64,000 nucleotides of DNA from the NCBI GenBank assembly GCA_934277545.1, contig CAKQUG010000005.1, forward strand, positions 33,588-97,587. Direction: 5' to 3'. Positions 48,731 through 59,359 of the stretch are shown one piece after another (the stretch's first letter is position 1; each line of letters opens with the position of its first letter). The notes beneath the pieces are model-generated. The model had not been told where the DNA came from. It saw only the letters and a program-made list of their open reading frames with translations, and made no database searches. Position numbers and translations under genes: made by a program. The stretch comes from an uncultured Alphaproteobacteria bacterium (lineage in GTDB: Bacteria > Pseudomonadota > Alphaproteobacteria > RF32 > CAG-239).

Positions 48731-51154
48731 TTATTGTTGCGTTTCACCTTTTTTGAGAGCATAGAACTGATTTTCTTGTGCCACTTTTTCGCCGGAGTGA
48801 ACCACTATCTGCGGGAACGGAATTTCTATTCCCTCGTCAATAAAGCGTTTGTTGATGGCAAAACGCAAATCGCTCGGCACAATCCAACCTTTCCAAATAT
48901 CATTGGTATAGCAACGCAGTTCAAAGTTCAAACTGCTGTCGGCAAAATCTTTGAACAACACATAAGGCGCCGGATTTTTCATAACATATTTATGAGCAAG
49001 CGCACATTCCAACAAAATTTTACGCACTTTTTCCACATCCGAACCATAAGCCACCCCAACGGAAATGCTTTGGCGCGAGATATTGTCGCCGTGGGTCAAA
49101 TTTACGATAGAGCTGGAAAGCAAAGTCGCGTTAGGCACAATCACGCTGGTGCGGTTAAAACTTTCCATTTCGGTTGAACGAATGTTGATTTGCTTAATTT
49201 TACCTTCCGTACCGTTCATAATTACCCAATCGCCCACCTTAAACGGACGCTCAAACAAAATGATGACACCTGAAACAAGGTTCTTAATTACGTCCTGCAA
49301 ACCAAAACCGATACCTACCGACAAAGCACCGGCGATGAATGCGAGGTTAGTTAAATCTACACCGACGGCGATAATGGCCAGTAAGCACGAGATTATAAAC
49401 CCGACGAAGCTGATACCTGAAATTAAAGAGTGCTTAATGCCGTCGTCAATATCCATATTGTTAAAGACATTGGTAGCTAAATGTTTTTTAATCAGCTTAA
49501 CCACGGTTAAAGACACAAAGAACACCAAAATACCAAAGGCAATGGCAATAAGTGAAATTTGCACGCCGCCGATTTTGAAACCGAATAACAGTTTTTTACC
49601 CATTTGCAGCATAAAATCGCCCGGTAAACCCCACAGATTAAGCAAAGTGAAAATAAAGGTTAAAACCAAAATAGGATTTATAAAAGAGGTTATCCAAAAT
49701 TCTATTTTGCTGACATTGCGTTTAGTTACTTTTATAGATTTCATCCACGGGCTAGCGAGCACCAAACGCTTTAATATATCAATAAAGGCATGGCGGAATA
49801 ATTCAAAAATACCGAATATAACCATGGATAAAATCAGATTGCGTAAAATAAATGAAGAAAGCTCAGGGTAACCGATTAAAGACAAACCGAATGCTGTTGC
49901 TAACAACAAATTACTGGCAACCATAATTTTAAAACCGCTGTCCAAGGAATCGTGATCTTCTTCGTTTTCTTCGATATCTTCAGCTGTAATTCCTTTCATC
50001 TCACGATAAGAATCTACAGCAATTTTAATTATCCATATCAGGAAAAATGCTTTAACCGCACATGAAATCATCGTCAAAAAGTGTATGGTATCAATGGAAT
50101 ATTTTGCTTTTTGAGCAACAGTAACCTGTATAAGAGCAATGGCGTTGCATATAATAAACAAGAATATCACTCTGGTAAAGCGCAGAGCTTGGTCGTTTGG
50201 AATGTTAAACAATCGCCATTGCGGATGATTCGGCGCAAAAGTAACACGAGAAATAGTTGCCTCGATAATCGCCAAAAAAGAGGCAAAACCGCTTATCATC
50301 AAAACATGTCCCAACAGACTGTCTCCAAAAATTTTAGTGCTGACCATCCAAATCATGCAGGCGCCGACAAAGGCATCCGGAATCAAACCTCGAGCAATAG
50401 CGACAGCTATGGCGGCAACAATTTTACGGCTGAAATGCGGCAATTCAATGTCGTCTTTATATCCCCAGTGCGTTAAAATGTATTTACGCAGAATAATAGC
50501 GACAGCTAACGCGGCAATCAAAATCAGCGCCATGGAAACAATGCTCAAAATTGTGTAACTGCGGTCTTCGGCCGGTATTCCCTGATACCAGTCAACCGGC
50601 GATTTGGTAATATTCCAAAAGAAAATGGCATATAATTTCAAGCTGTTAAAGAAGACCATAGGGTTAATCAAGGCGGACTGTTTGGTGATTAAATCTCCGT
50701 AAACACGTTTGCTGCGAGCATTCAAAACCTGAGCGGTCAAGTCTTCTATTTTAACAATCAGTAAATCCGCTTCTTTCAGCACACGGTCTTCGGCGGTTAG
50801 CTGTTTAGTCAAGTCAGCACGCTGTCTGGTTATTACCTTGTCTTCTGTAGCGCCTTCTTTAGGTTCTCCAAGGGCATCAAGCTGTTTTTGGATATATTTT
50901 ATATCCTTGTCTAAATCTTTGCGGGTACCGCTGATTTGTGCTTCTTGTTCGCTTAAATAACTGACATAACTGTTTATGTTATCTTCAGTTAAATTTTCTT
51001 TTTTCAACTCATTGTCAATTTGTTCCAGTTTTTTATTTATCTTATTAAAATCTATGGAATTTTTAGAATCCGCACCGTCAGCGGCTTGCAGATTACCGGC
51101 CAGTAATACAATGGTAAAAAAAGCAATAAAAACAGCTTTAAAAAGTTTAGCCAT
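48731..51154 (-). CDS. MscK/KefA-like mechanosensitive channel (large MscS family)
   Basis: 807 aa. Signal peptide, a periplasmic coiled-coil N-terminal domain, about 11 transmembrane helices, and the C-terminal MscS domain (GDWVIMNGTEGKIKQINIRSTEME...). A terminator hairpin aagccgct-ttttcaa-gcggctt lies just downstream at about 48695-48722. Confidence 0.85.
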   Translation of the reverse strand: MAKLFKAVFIAFFTIVLLAGNLQAADGADSKNSIDFNKINKKLEQIDNELKKENLTEDNINSYVSYLSEQEAQISGTRKDLDKDIKYIQKQLDALGEPKEGATEDKVITRQRADLTKQLTAEDRVLKEADLLIVKIEDLTAQVLNARSKRVYGDLITKQSALINPMVFFNSLKLYAIFFWNITKSPVDWYQGIPAEDRSYTILSIVSMALILIAALAVAIILRKYILTHWGYKDDIELPHFSRKIVAAIAVAIARGLIPDAFVGACMIWMVSTKIFGDSLLGHVLMISGFASFLAIIEATISRVTFAPNHPQWRLFNIPNDQALRFTRVIFLFIICNAIALIQVTVAQKAKYSIDTIHFLTMISCAVKAFFLIWIIKIAVDSYREMKGITAEDIEENEEDHDSLDSGFKIMVASNLLLATAFGLSLIGYPELSSFILRNLILSMVIFGIFELFRHAFIDILKRLVLASPWMKSIKVTKRNVSKIEFWITSFINPILVLTFIFTLLNLWGLPGDFMLQMGKKLLFGFKIGGVQISLIAIAFGILVFFVSLTVVKLIKKHLATNVFNNMDIDDGIKHSLISGISFVGFIISCLLAIIAVGVDLTNLAFIAGALSVGIGFGLQDVIKNLVSGVIILFERPFKVGDWVIMNGTEGKIKQINIRSTEMESFNRTSVIVPNATLLSSSIVNLTHGDNISRQSISVGVAYGSDVEKVRKILLECALAHKYVMKNPAPYVLFKDFADSSLNFELRCYTNDIWKGWIVPSDLRFAINKRFIDEGIEIPFPQIVVHSGEKVAQENQFYALKKGETQQ

Positions 51155-51163
51155 GGATTTTTC

Positions 51164-52168
51164 CTATTTTTTTAACAAAATTTTCAAAATGTTATAAGCG
51201 TTTTGAGCGGTACCGGCGCGCAAATCATCGGCCACGCACCAAAAACTGAAACCGTTTTCAACTGAAATGTCCTGACGCAAGCGGCTGATGTAAATATCGC
51301 TTTCGCCCTGAACATCGTTAATTGAAACATAGCCGCAGTCAACGTGTTTATCAAAAACCACCACGCCTTTGGTATCACGCATAAGGTTGCGAATCTGGTC
51401 TATATCCACATCATCGGCACATTCAACATTAACAAATTCGCCAATACCGATAAAAGCAGGAACAACGGCGCAATTAGCGTGTACTTTTATATTTCCGCCT
51501 AAAATTTTTTTAATTTCAACATTCGCTGCCCACTCATATTTTGTTTCATCGCCTATAAATTCGCCAACTTGCGGCAAAACGTTAAAGGCAATTTGTTTAT
51601 GAAAGATTTTTTCATCATCAACAATAGGTTCGTTCATAAAAATTTTACGAGTTTGTGCAAAAAGCTCATCCATCGCCTCACGGCCATAAATGGAGGCAGA
51701 CATATAAGTGTTAATCACAAAACGTTTAATTTTATGATTTGCCGCAACTTTTTGCAAAGGCAACATAATTTGCGTTACTTGCGGTGACGGAACGGCAATA
51801 ATTCCTTTTTTGGCATCGGAAATTTTTTCATCATTCAAGCCGGCAATAATTAACGGAACATCCGAATCGGCTGAATGAGCCATAGAACAATCTATTACCA
51901 TAACTTTTTTGGACGAAGCATGAGGAATGTAACGTTTGGCAACTTCTTCAGAAGTAGCAAACACCGCGATTTTAACTGATGAAAAATCAAAATCGTCTAA
52001 ATTCCAAACATCCATATCAACATCTTCGCCGTATGAAACCTGAGTACCGAGCGGACTGTTTGTATCTACCGCAAAAATACTGTCGGCAGATATGCCGTTT
52101 TCTTCCAAAATATTTAATATTTCACGACCTAAACTATTATTTACACCAACAATGGCAATTTTATTCAT
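51164..52168 (-). CDS. Aspartate-semialdehyde dehydrogenase family protein (short Asd type) in which the catalytic residues appear substituted
   Basis: 334 aa. Clear blockwise similarity to the short Asd type is visible by eye: HKQIAFNVLPQVGEF, FVINTYMSASIYGREAMDELFAQT and ENGFSFWCVADDLRAGTAQNAYNI. Where Asd has GATGxVG, this protein has GVNNSLG. Where Asd has the catalytic NPNCSTIQ, this protein has VPSPQVTQ, so the Cys is absent. Where Asd has QTGHSES, this protein has FIGIGEF, so the His is absent. Confidence 0.6.
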   Translation of the reverse strand: MNKIAIVGVNNSLGREILNILEENGISADSIFAVDTNSPLGTQVSYGEDVDMDVWNLDDFDFSSVKIAVFATSEEVAKRYIPHASSKKVMVIDCSMAHSADSDVPLIIAGLNDEKISDAKKGIIAVPSPQVTQIMLPLQKVAANHKIKRFVINTYMSASIYGREAMDELFAQTRKIFMNEPIVDDEKIFHKQIAFNVLPQVGEFIGDETKYEWAANVEIKKILGGNIKVHANCAVVPAFIGIGEFVNVECADDVDIDQIRNLMRDTKGVVVFDKHVDCGYVSINDVQGESDIYISRLRQDISVENGFSFWCVADDLRAGTAQNAYNILKILLKK

Positions 52169-52262
52169 AATGAGCCTCTTAAAAAAAACTTTTATTCATG
52201 CCCGTATGATAAAACAAAAATGTTTACAAATAAATAAAATTTACTCTAAAAAATATAAAATA

Positions 52263-53678
52263 TCAGCGTTCAACAGACTTTTGCAATGAAGATAAAGCTG
52301 TTAAACCTTTTTGTTGAGTTTGAGTAATGGTGTTGCCCTCTTTTTTTACCGGTTCATTTATAGCCGCTGAAATACGTCCGCTTAGTTGCAGCATTTTTTT
52401 AGGATTTGACAGTGCTTTAGCCAATGTTTTTTGATCTTTTTTCTGCGACCCCGGCAAAGCATCGCTTATTTGCTTACCCTCATCCAAACTGAATCCTGTT
52501 CTTTCTTTAGTTATTTTATTTGCCTCAATCATAAAATTTTCTGAAAGTTGAAAATCTTCTTTAGGCAGATACTGAGAAAGTTTACCAACTTTTATACCGA
52601 GTTTTTGTATTTCCGGATTTTGATCAAAAGAATCAAACATTTTGTCTTTGCGTTGAGAATAGTCCTGCTCATTTCCAATTAACAAACCGGCAGCATTTAC
52701 GTCATTTGATAAAGAAACTCGTCTCATAGTTGAAGGAACTTGTTCTTTCATATAAATTTCCAGATAATTTTCCTTCCACATTTTTATTGTACCATTTACC
52801 ATAAGCTCTTTTGCTTCATGACTATCTGGATTAAGGCCTCCGGCGATTGCTTCTTTGTAAAACGAAAACTCTCCACCCAATACATCAAATTCTTTAAGTG
52901 CTTCTTCTTTAGATGCTCCCGCAGATAAAGATTCTTTATATTTATGATTTGCAACAACCAGCTCAGCCACATTTGCCGAACATTCATCCCAACAATTTAA
53001 CTTTCCATATTCTACGGCATTCAAGCCCGGTGCATACGCATTATTTAAATCATTTATTTTATGTTGATTTTCGTGAGTTATAAAACTAATTTCTTCTGAA
53101 GGTGTCGCGGTAAAACGGTTATATTTTTCTATAATTTGCTGCGCTTGTTCAGGAGTATAATTTTTACTTTCTTTCAATTCATTAAGTTCTTCTGGTGTTA
53201 AATTAAACGAATTTATTATAATATTTTTTTCAGTAGATGAATATCCTCCCACTGTAACGCCACCCTTCTCATTAATATCGTCTAAAAAAGATTCCAAATC
53301 TTTTTTGTGCGTTCCGTCTTTTTCAGCATTGTTAAATGCTTGTTGCTGTTCTTTGCTATATTCTTTTTTAGCTGTTTTAGTAGAAGCCTGCATATTCTTG
53401 TCACATACCGCATTATCAACAATCGTATATTGTTCTCCATTTTCTCTGACAAATTCAAACGCTTTGCCATTTTCTAAAGAAATTACAAGGGTATTACTTT
53501 TTCCTTTTTGGTAGTCTTTAACTCTTTGTAATGCCTCTTTCTTTCGTGCATCTATTTGCTCTTTAGTATAGCTTTGTGCTTGAGCGGCTGTCGGAGATGC
53601 CAACACTAATGCTAAACTAAGCGTTGTACATTTAGATTTCAAAAACTTATTCATCGATTCAAGCGACATTACATCCAC
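52263..53678 (-). CDS. Hypothetical secreted protein with an HExxH motif (possible zinc metallopeptidase)
   Basis: 471 aa. Signal peptide (MNKFLKSKCTTLSLALVLASPTAAQA); the true start may be one of the internal Met codons at 53672 or 53654. The single HExxH motif is FITHENQHKIN. The protein is Lys/Glu-rich with no other recognizable domain. Confidence 0.45.
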   Translation of the reverse strand: MDVMSLESMNKFLKSKCTTLSLALVLASPTAAQAQSYTKEQIDARKKEALQRVKDYQKGKSNTLVISLENGKAFEFVRENGEQYTIVDNAVCDKNMQASTKTAKKEYSKEQQQAFNNAEKDGTHKKDLESFLDDINEKGGVTVGGYSSTEKNIIINSFNLTPEELNELKESKNYTPEQAQQIIEKYNRFTATPSEEISFITHENQHKINDLNNAYAPGLNAVEYGKLNCWDECSANVAELVVANHKYKESLSAGASKEEALKEFDVLGGEFSFYKEAIAGGLNPDSHEAKELMVNGTIKMWKENYLEIYMKEQVPSTMRRVSLSNDVNAAGLLIGNEQDYSQRKDKMFDSFDQNPEIQKLGIKVGKLSQYLPKEDFQLSENFMIEANKITKERTGFSLDEGKQISDALPGSQKKDQKTLAKALSNPKKMLQLSGRISAAINEPVKKEGNTITQTQQKGLTALSSLQKSVER

Positions 53679-53744
53679 CCTTTTAATATGCTATTAAGTA
53701 AGTATAACAGATTTATAAACTTTATGCAATCAGTTATAAATCAT

Positions 53745-53783
53745 AAAACGCAAAAACAGCACTCGTTTTCACGAGTGCTGTTA
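53745..53783 (-). terminator. Rho-independent terminator for the 53804-54277 gene
   Basis: Hairpin aacagcactcg-ttttc-acgagtgctgtt with an A-run on the plus strand, which is a T-run for the minus-strand transcript. Confidence 0.7.
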
Positions 53784-53803
53784 AAAATTTGCTTAGAAGC
53801 TGA

Positions 53804-54277
53804 TTAGAAATCCATGTCTTCAGTACCAGCCTCACTGTCGCAAACGGCAGCTACCACTTCCAGGCTGAGCGGGGAAAGACGCTTGCGTGGCTTGCGAGGA
53901 GCAACTGATAACGCTTGATAACGCTTGAAGCCGTTGACCGTGTCCTTAAGTCCATAGGTTACCCCCTTGATGCGGAAATTGCCGAGAACCTCAGTCTCCG
54001 AAGCAATAACCGACGAGTCGACAATCTTGGCAGAACCTGTCTGGATATCCACGATAGCGTTGAGGTTCTTTGAATGCTTGATGAACGCGTAGAACGGCAC
54101 AGAGGCATTCTTCTTGAACATCGGCACGCGCAGTACGATTTTTACCATCTGGGGCTGAGCTTCGCACGAAGAAAGGTCCACGAGATTAGGATTCTTCTTG
54201 TTAAAATCTTCAAAAGCCTTGTTAGCCTTGATGTTAGCAACCATAGTGTTCAACTTCTTTTCAGCAATAGTACTCAT
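53804..54277 (-). CDS. Hypothetical 157-aa protein with GC-shifted composition (probable horizontal acquisition)
   Basis: MSTIAEKKLNTMVANIKANKAFEDF...KRYQALSVAPRKPRKRLSPLSLEVVAAVCDSEAGTEDMDF. This ORF is visibly GC-richer (about high 40s %) than the surrounding roughly 40% and uses different codons (GAC, CTC, CGC, AAC). It has its own AT-rich promoter region (54278-54370) and its own terminator. Confidence 0.55.
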   Translation of the reverse strand: MSTIAEKKLNTMVANIKANKAFEDFNKKNPNLVDLSSCEAQPQMVKIVLRVPMFKKNASVPFYAFIKHSKNLNAIVDIQTGSAKIVDSSVIASETEVLGNFRIKGVTYGLKDTVNGFKRYQALSVAPRKPRKRLSPLSLEVVAAVCDSEAGTEDMDF

Positions 54278-54370
54278 AGTAATAATATTTAAAACGTTAA
54301 TAATAAATTCAATACCAATTTATATAGCATATCTTTTTGGCAAAAGCAAGCATAATTTGTCAAAAAATAT

Positions 54371-55993
54371 TTATTTTTTACATTTTTTCGTCAAATCAAG
54401 TGATTGCGCATATTCATCAGCGCTTATTCCGCCTATTCCCAGCAAAGTATGAAAAACATTATCGTGTGAAACGTTTTCTTTTTCGATAGATTTCAGACAT
54501 TGTTTGTCCAAATTAAGTGTTTTTAATACCGAATCGGTTGACCACATAAAAAACGGAACGTGTTTTTGCTCTTTCGGCGCAATAACGTACGGTGCGGAAT
54601 GTAAATAAACATTATATTCTCCCAATGATTCCCCATGGTCTGAAACATAGAACAGCACGCTGTTATATTGTGTGTATTGAGTTTGCAATAAACTTATTAT
54701 GTCTGCCAAATTTTGGGAGGTATAAAGAATGGTATTGTCATACGTATTTACAATTTCTTCGGTAGTGCACATATTCAGTTTTTCGGTGTTGCAAACAGGT
54801 GCGAATCGGGTAAATTCTTGCGGGTAACGCTTATAATATGTAGGTCCGTGGCTTCCGGCTTGGTGCATAACCAAAACCGTATTTTGAGCCGGTTCAGACA
54901 GTTGTGTTTTCATTTCATCGGTTAAAACAGTATCAAAACAAGTACCGGCGCCGCTCTGACAAGGACGATATGTTTCTACTCGGGTGCAGACACCTTTGCA
55001 ATCACTGTTATTTTCAAGCCAAACTACACGCCAATTATTCTTTTTAAAAATATCAAGTACATTTTCGGTATAATTCAAGCTGCCGTTATCATATTCTGTT
55101 CTGCTATCCTTAGAAAACATACATGGCACGGAAACAGCTGTTGAGGTGCCGCATGACGTCGTATTTTCAAAATTTATGATATTATCGGAATAAGGCATTA
55201 AAGGATTGTTTGTACCGCGCTCATAACCGTTTAATGAAAAATTTGCGGCGCGGGCAGTTTCTCCGACCACAAAAACAATCAACATAGGTTTGTCGTTGTT
55301 CCAATATTTTGTAAAATGCGAATCCAAACCGATAGGTGTAAATTCATGGTTAGCACGCATATTGTGTTTGACGGTAGAACTTACGGCGCCGATATAGTTT
55401 ACGGGAATAAGCAAATATTTAACAGGTTTATTGTTGCGTATAAATTGTGCAACGTCTTTGCTATTCGGGACAATAATCGCGGCAAATATCAATAAAAACA
55501 GAGCAAACAAACCACCGCGCTGTTTTAGTATGCTTGCTTCCGTAAAATTAACACGACTTATAATAAACGCAGGTATTCCGCCTAAAAGCAAAATATAAGC
55601 AAGCAATGTAAAGTTCAGTAATTCCGCGGTCTCATGCAGATTTGTTTGCAAAACGTTGCGCAACATTTCTTCATCAACGGCAACGTGATAATTTTTTACA
55701 AAATAAAAAACACCGCTGTTTATTAACAAAAAAATCACAGATAACGGTTTAACCGTCCATTTCCAAAAAAGCAACAAGCTGCAAACGGTTAATAGTATCC
55801 AAAGCACAAAAAATGCGCCTATTGTAAACATTGTACTTTGGCTTAAATCATATATTTTTTCAAAAAACACACAATTAAAAGCAAGCAAAGTGTACAGCAT
55901 ATAAAAAATGCCGTACACTTCAATATTCAGAGAAAATGAGCGGAATAACTGCGGTTTAGCCATAAAAATTCGCCCTTTTTCACTGTTAAGCAA
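54371..55993 (-). CDS. eptA: Lipid A phosphoethanolamine transferase (EptA/MCR family)
   Basis: 540 aa. Five N-terminal transmembrane helices and a periplasmic sulfatase-fold domain with [17 protein letters not shown] and [11 protein letters not shown]. The start is probably the internal MAKPQ (55963); the longest ORF overlaps the alaS stop. Confidence 0.85.
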   Translation of the reverse strand: MLNSEKGRIFMAKPQLFRSFSLNIEVYGIFYMLYTLLAFNCVFFEKIYDLSQSTMFTIGAFFVLWILLTVCSLLLFWKWTVKPLSVIFLLINSGVFYFVKNYHVAVDEEMLRNVLQTNLHETAELLNFTLLAYILLLGGIPAFIISRVNFTEASILKQRGGLFALFLLIFAAIIVPNSKDVAQFIRNNKPVKYLLIPVNYIGAVSSTVKHNMRANHEFTPIGLDSHFTKYWNNDKPMLIVFVVGETARAANFSLNGYERGTNNPLMPYSDNIINFENTTSCGTSTAVSVPCMFSKDSRTEYDNGSLNYTENVLDIFKKNNWRVVWLENNSDCKGVCTRVETYRPCQSGAGTCFDTVLTDEMKTQLSEPAQNTVLVMHQAGSHGPTYYKRYPQEFTRFAPVCNTEKLNMCTTEEIVNTYDNTILYTSQNLADIISLLQTQYTQYNSVLFYVSDHGESLGEYNVYLHSAPYVIAPKEQKHVPFFMWSTDSVLKTLNLDKQCLKSIEKENVSHDNVFHTLLGIGGISADEYAQSLDLTKKCKK

Positions 55994-58610
55994 TCATTGT
56001 TTTGATTTTTGAAATTGCATCGTTGATTTTGGCCACGTCCGAACCGCCGGCCTGAGCCATATCCGGACGTCCGCCGCCGCCCTGTCCGCCAACCACGGCA
56101 GAGGCTGCGCGCACAAAATCAACAGCATTATATTTTGCTGTCAAATCTTTGCTTACACCGACCACAACCGATGCTTTGTCATCTTTATCAGAACAAAGAA
56201 CAACAATACCAGAACCAAGATTTTGCATGATGTCATCAACAAAGGCTTTCAATTCTTTCGGGTGCGCACCGGATACCAACTTACCGACAAATTTCACGCC
56301 GTTAACAGTTTCGATTTCATCAGAAGATGATTTTCCGCCGGCCAAAGCTTTTTTGAGATTAAAGATTTCTTGCTCTTGTTTTTTGCGTTCTTCCAGCAAA
56401 CTGTTGATACGAGCTTCCAAATCATTCAGATTGGTTTTTAAGGTTGCGGCAACATGATGCAATTTGTTTTCGGTTTCACGCACATAAGAATCCGCGCCAA
56501 CGCCGGTCAAACATTCCAAACGACGTACGCCGGCGGCAACAGCAGACTCGCCGACAATATGGAAATAACCGATGTTTCCGGTAGAGCATACATGAGTGCC
56601 GCCGCAAAGCTCACGGGAGAACGGATTGTTTTCGTCGCCCATTGTTACCACGCGCACATCGTCGCCGTATTTTTCATCAAACAAAGCCATGGCGCCGAGT
56701 TTTACAGCCTCTTCTTTGTTCATGATAACGGTTGTAACCGGCAAATCATTACGGATTTGTTCGTTGACAATATCTTCTACCTGACGCAGTTGTTCGGCAG
56801 TAATTTGCTTTGGATGAGAAACGTCAAAACGCATTCTGTCGGCTTCCACCATGGAACCTTTTTGCGCAACGTGGTCGCCCAAAATCATTTTAAGGGCTTT
56901 ATGTGCCAAGTGGGTTACCGAGTGGTTGGCACAAATACGTTTGCGGTTTTCCTCATCAACTTCAAAGTTAGCGCAAGTGCCGATTTTAACCGAGCCTTTT
57001 TCCAATTCGCAGACATGAACAAAAATCTTGTCCAACTTGCGTTTAGTATCAACAACTTTTGCCGTAAAATCTTTGGAAACAATCAAACCGGTGTCGCCGA
57101 CTTGACCGCCGCATTCACCATAAAACGGTGTTTGATTGGCCACAAGTTCAAATTTACCTGAAGTAACTTCATTGACTTCTTTATTATCTTGGATTAAGGC
57201 TACAATTTCGCCATCAGATTTTGTAACATTGTAACCTAAAAATTCAGTCGGATTTACCTTATCTTCTACGGAATACCAAACTTTTTCCACCGCGGTATCG
57301 CCGGAACCGGCCCAGTTTTTGCGAGCTTCTTCTTTTTGGCGAGCCATGCAAGCGTCAAAACCGTCAACATCAACTTCAATATTTTTGTTTTTCAAAGCAT
57401 CTTGTGTTAAATCCAACGGGAAACCGTAAGTATCATAAAGTTTGAACGCTGTTTCACCATTCAGTTTATCACCGCGTCCGAGATGAGAGATTTCTTCATC
57501 AAGAAGTTTTAAGCCTTTATCCAAAGTGCGTCCAAAACGTTCTTCTTCTATTTTAATAGTTTCACTAATCAGATTTTCGCGGGCGTAAAGTTCAGGATAA
57601 GCGTCGCCCATTTCTTTTTGCAAAGTCGGCAACAGTTTGTAAATCATCGGGTCTTTTACGCCGAGCATATAAGCATGACGCATAGCGCGACGCATAATAC
57701 GGCGCAAAACATAGCCGCGTCCTTCATTAGACGGCAAAACTCCGTCGGCAATCAAAAAGCAGATTGAGCGCAAGTGGTCGGCTATCACATTATGAGAGGC
57801 TTTTAACGGGCCGTCGGGGTCGGTATTGGCCATATCGGCAATGGCTTTGATAATGTGTTGAAACATATCGGTGTCAAAGTTGGAATGTACGCCTTGCAAA
57901 ATAGCGGCAATACGTTCCAACCCCATACCTGTATCAATACCGGGGCGCTTTAAATTTATGCGAGAACCATCAGCCAAATCTTCAAATTGGTCAAACACCA
58001 AATTCCAAATTTCAATAAAGCGGTCGCCGTCTTCTTCAGGTGTTCCTGGCAGTCCGCCCCAAACTTCCGGACCGTGGTCGTAAAAAATTTCGGAGCAAGG
58101 GCCGCAAGGACCGGTGTCGCCCATTTGCCAAAAGTTATCTTTGGTGCTGATGCGGATAATTCTGTCATCAGACAGTCCGGAAACTTTTTTCCACAAATTA
58201 TAAGCGTCTTCATCGTTGTAATAAATAGTAACTGCCAGCTTATCTTTCGGCAAACCGAAATCCTTAGTCAGCAATTCCCAGGCAAACGGAATGGCACCTT
58301 CTTTGAAATAATCGCCGAAAGAAAAGTTGCCCAGCATTTCAAAAAACGTGTGGTGGCGTACATCATAACCGACGCTGTCCAAGTCATTATGTTTACCGCC
58401 GGCGCGCACGCTTTTTTGCGCGGTGGTCGCTCGTGTGTAATCGCGGGTTTCATTGCCGGCCAGCACATTTTTAAATTGCACCATACCGGAGTTTGTAAAC
58501 ATCAATGTCGGGTCATTATCCGGAACAAGGGATGATGACGGAACAACTTTATGACCGTTCTTGGCAAAATAGTCCAAAAAGGTTTTGCGGATTTGATTTA
58601 CACTAGTCAT
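55986..58610 (-). CDS. alaS: Alanyl-tRNA synthetase
   Basis: 874 aa. [30 protein letters not shown]...FTNSGM, the editing domain HSVTHL...CGGTH, and the C-terminal DHHA1 domain. Confidence 0.96.
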   Translation of the reverse strand: MTSVNQIRKTFLDYFAKNGHKVVPSSSLVPDNDPTLMFTNSGMVQFKNVLAGNETRDYTRATTAQKSVRAGGKHNDLDSVGYDVRHHTFFEMLGNFSFGDYFKEGAIPFAWELLTKDFGLPKDKLAVTIYYNDEDAYNLWKKVSGLSDDRIIRISTKDNFWQMGDTGPCGPCSEIFYDHGPEVWGGLPGTPEEDGDRFIEIWNLVFDQFEDLADGSRINLKRPGIDTGMGLERIAAILQGVHSNFDTDMFQHIIKAIADMANTDPDGPLKASHNVIADHLRSICFLIADGVLPSNEGRGYVLRRIMRRAMRHAYMLGVKDPMIYKLLPTLQKEMGDAYPELYARENLISETIKIEEERFGRTLDKGLKLLDEEISHLGRGDKLNGETAFKLYDTYGFPLDLTQDALKNKNIEVDVDGFDACMARQKEEARKNWAGSGDTAVEKVWYSVEDKVNPTEFLGYNVTKSDGEIVALIQDNKEVNEVTSGKFELVANQTPFYGECGGQVGDTGLIVSKDFTAKVVDTKRKLDKIFVHVCELEKGSVKIGTCANFEVDEENRKRICANHSVTHLAHKALKMILGDHVAQKGSMVEADRMRFDVSHPKQITAEQLRQVEDIVNEQIRNDLPVTTVIMNKEEAVKLGAMALFDEKYGDDVRVVTMGDENNPFSRELCGGTHVCSTGNIGYFHIVGESAVAAGVRRLECLTGVGADSYVRETENKLHHVAATLKTNLNDLEARINSLLEERKKQEQEIFNLKKALAGGKSSSDEIETVNGVKFVGKLVSGAHPKELKAFVDDIMQNLGSGIVVLCSDKDDKASVVVGVSKDLTAKYNAVDFVRAASAVVGGQGGGGRPDMAQAGGSDVAKINDAISKIKTMIA

Positions 58611-58719
58611 TGTACGTCCCTAAAAAAAAGTTTTAACTAAATTTCATTTTGTCGGGGCTAAACTAGCGCAAACTTATAAGGTTGTCTAGCAGAATCTTAA
58701 GTGATTTTTCAAAAATATA

Positions 58720-59211
58720 TCAAAAAATGTAGGCACTTCCGTTCAAATCAAATATTCCCCAATTTAAATAGGTGGCAAACAGCAACCAAAATAAATAAGG
58801 AATCAGCAAATAAGCCGCGGTTTTACGGATATGATAAAAATAATCAATCAACAACACGGTAATAAAATCGAGCAGCCCCAAAATAAAAAATCCGGCTAAA
58901 AACATTCCGCAGTAAAAGAAAACGTAAGTCCAGATAATTTGCAGCAGCATATTGAGCCAAAAAATCGGTAAAGCCGCTTTTATTTTGACTTTATCTTTTG
59001 TATTAAGAACTAAAGTTAAAGAAACCGTCAACAATGCGTATAAAACACTCCAAACGAGCGGAAATACATTATTTTGAGGTGTTAACGCCGGCAAGTATAT
59101 TTGCTGATAAAAAGTGTTTAGACCAAAATCATTTAAATAGCCGCATAATCCCGCCGTAACACCGACCGCAAGGAAAGCGTATAAAAAATTGACATATTTG
59201 TTTTGAAACAT
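58720..59211 (-). CDS. tspO: TspO/MBR tryptophan-rich sensory protein
   Basis: 163 aa with five transmembrane helices and a W/Y-rich sequence: PLVWSVLYALLTVS, WLNMLLQIIWTYVFF, LLIPYLFWLLFATYLNWGI. Confidence 0.85.
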   Translation of the reverse strand: MFQNKYVNFLYAFLAVGVTAGLCGYLNDFGLNTFYQQIYLPALTPQNNVFPLVWSVLYALLTVSLTLVLNTKDKVKIKAALPIFWLNMLLQIIWTYVFFYCGMFLAGFFILGLLDFITVLLIDYFYHIRKTAAYLLIPYLFWLLFATYLNWGIFDLNGSAYIF

Positions 59212-59359
59212 CTGTCTTCTCCTGCCTTAGAAGTAAGCCGCAATTCAAAAATTTCAAGTATTGAAAACTTTTTCTTTTTTGTCATATTTTTCATTTGCAT
59301 TTTGTCAAAAAGTGTGTATCATAAGATATAACTTTTAAATAATATACGGAGTAACGACC

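Noticed and set aside
49065-49871. 268-aa plus-strand ORF inside the mscK-like gene, and 131-aa and 147-aa ORFs nearby.
   Set aside because: They are antisense to an 807-aa gene with clear MscS-domain homology. They have no RBS and no domain signal.
56454-57161. 235-aa plus-strand ORF inside alaS.
   Set aside because: Antisense to a highly conserved aminoacyl-tRNA synthetase frame. Spurious.
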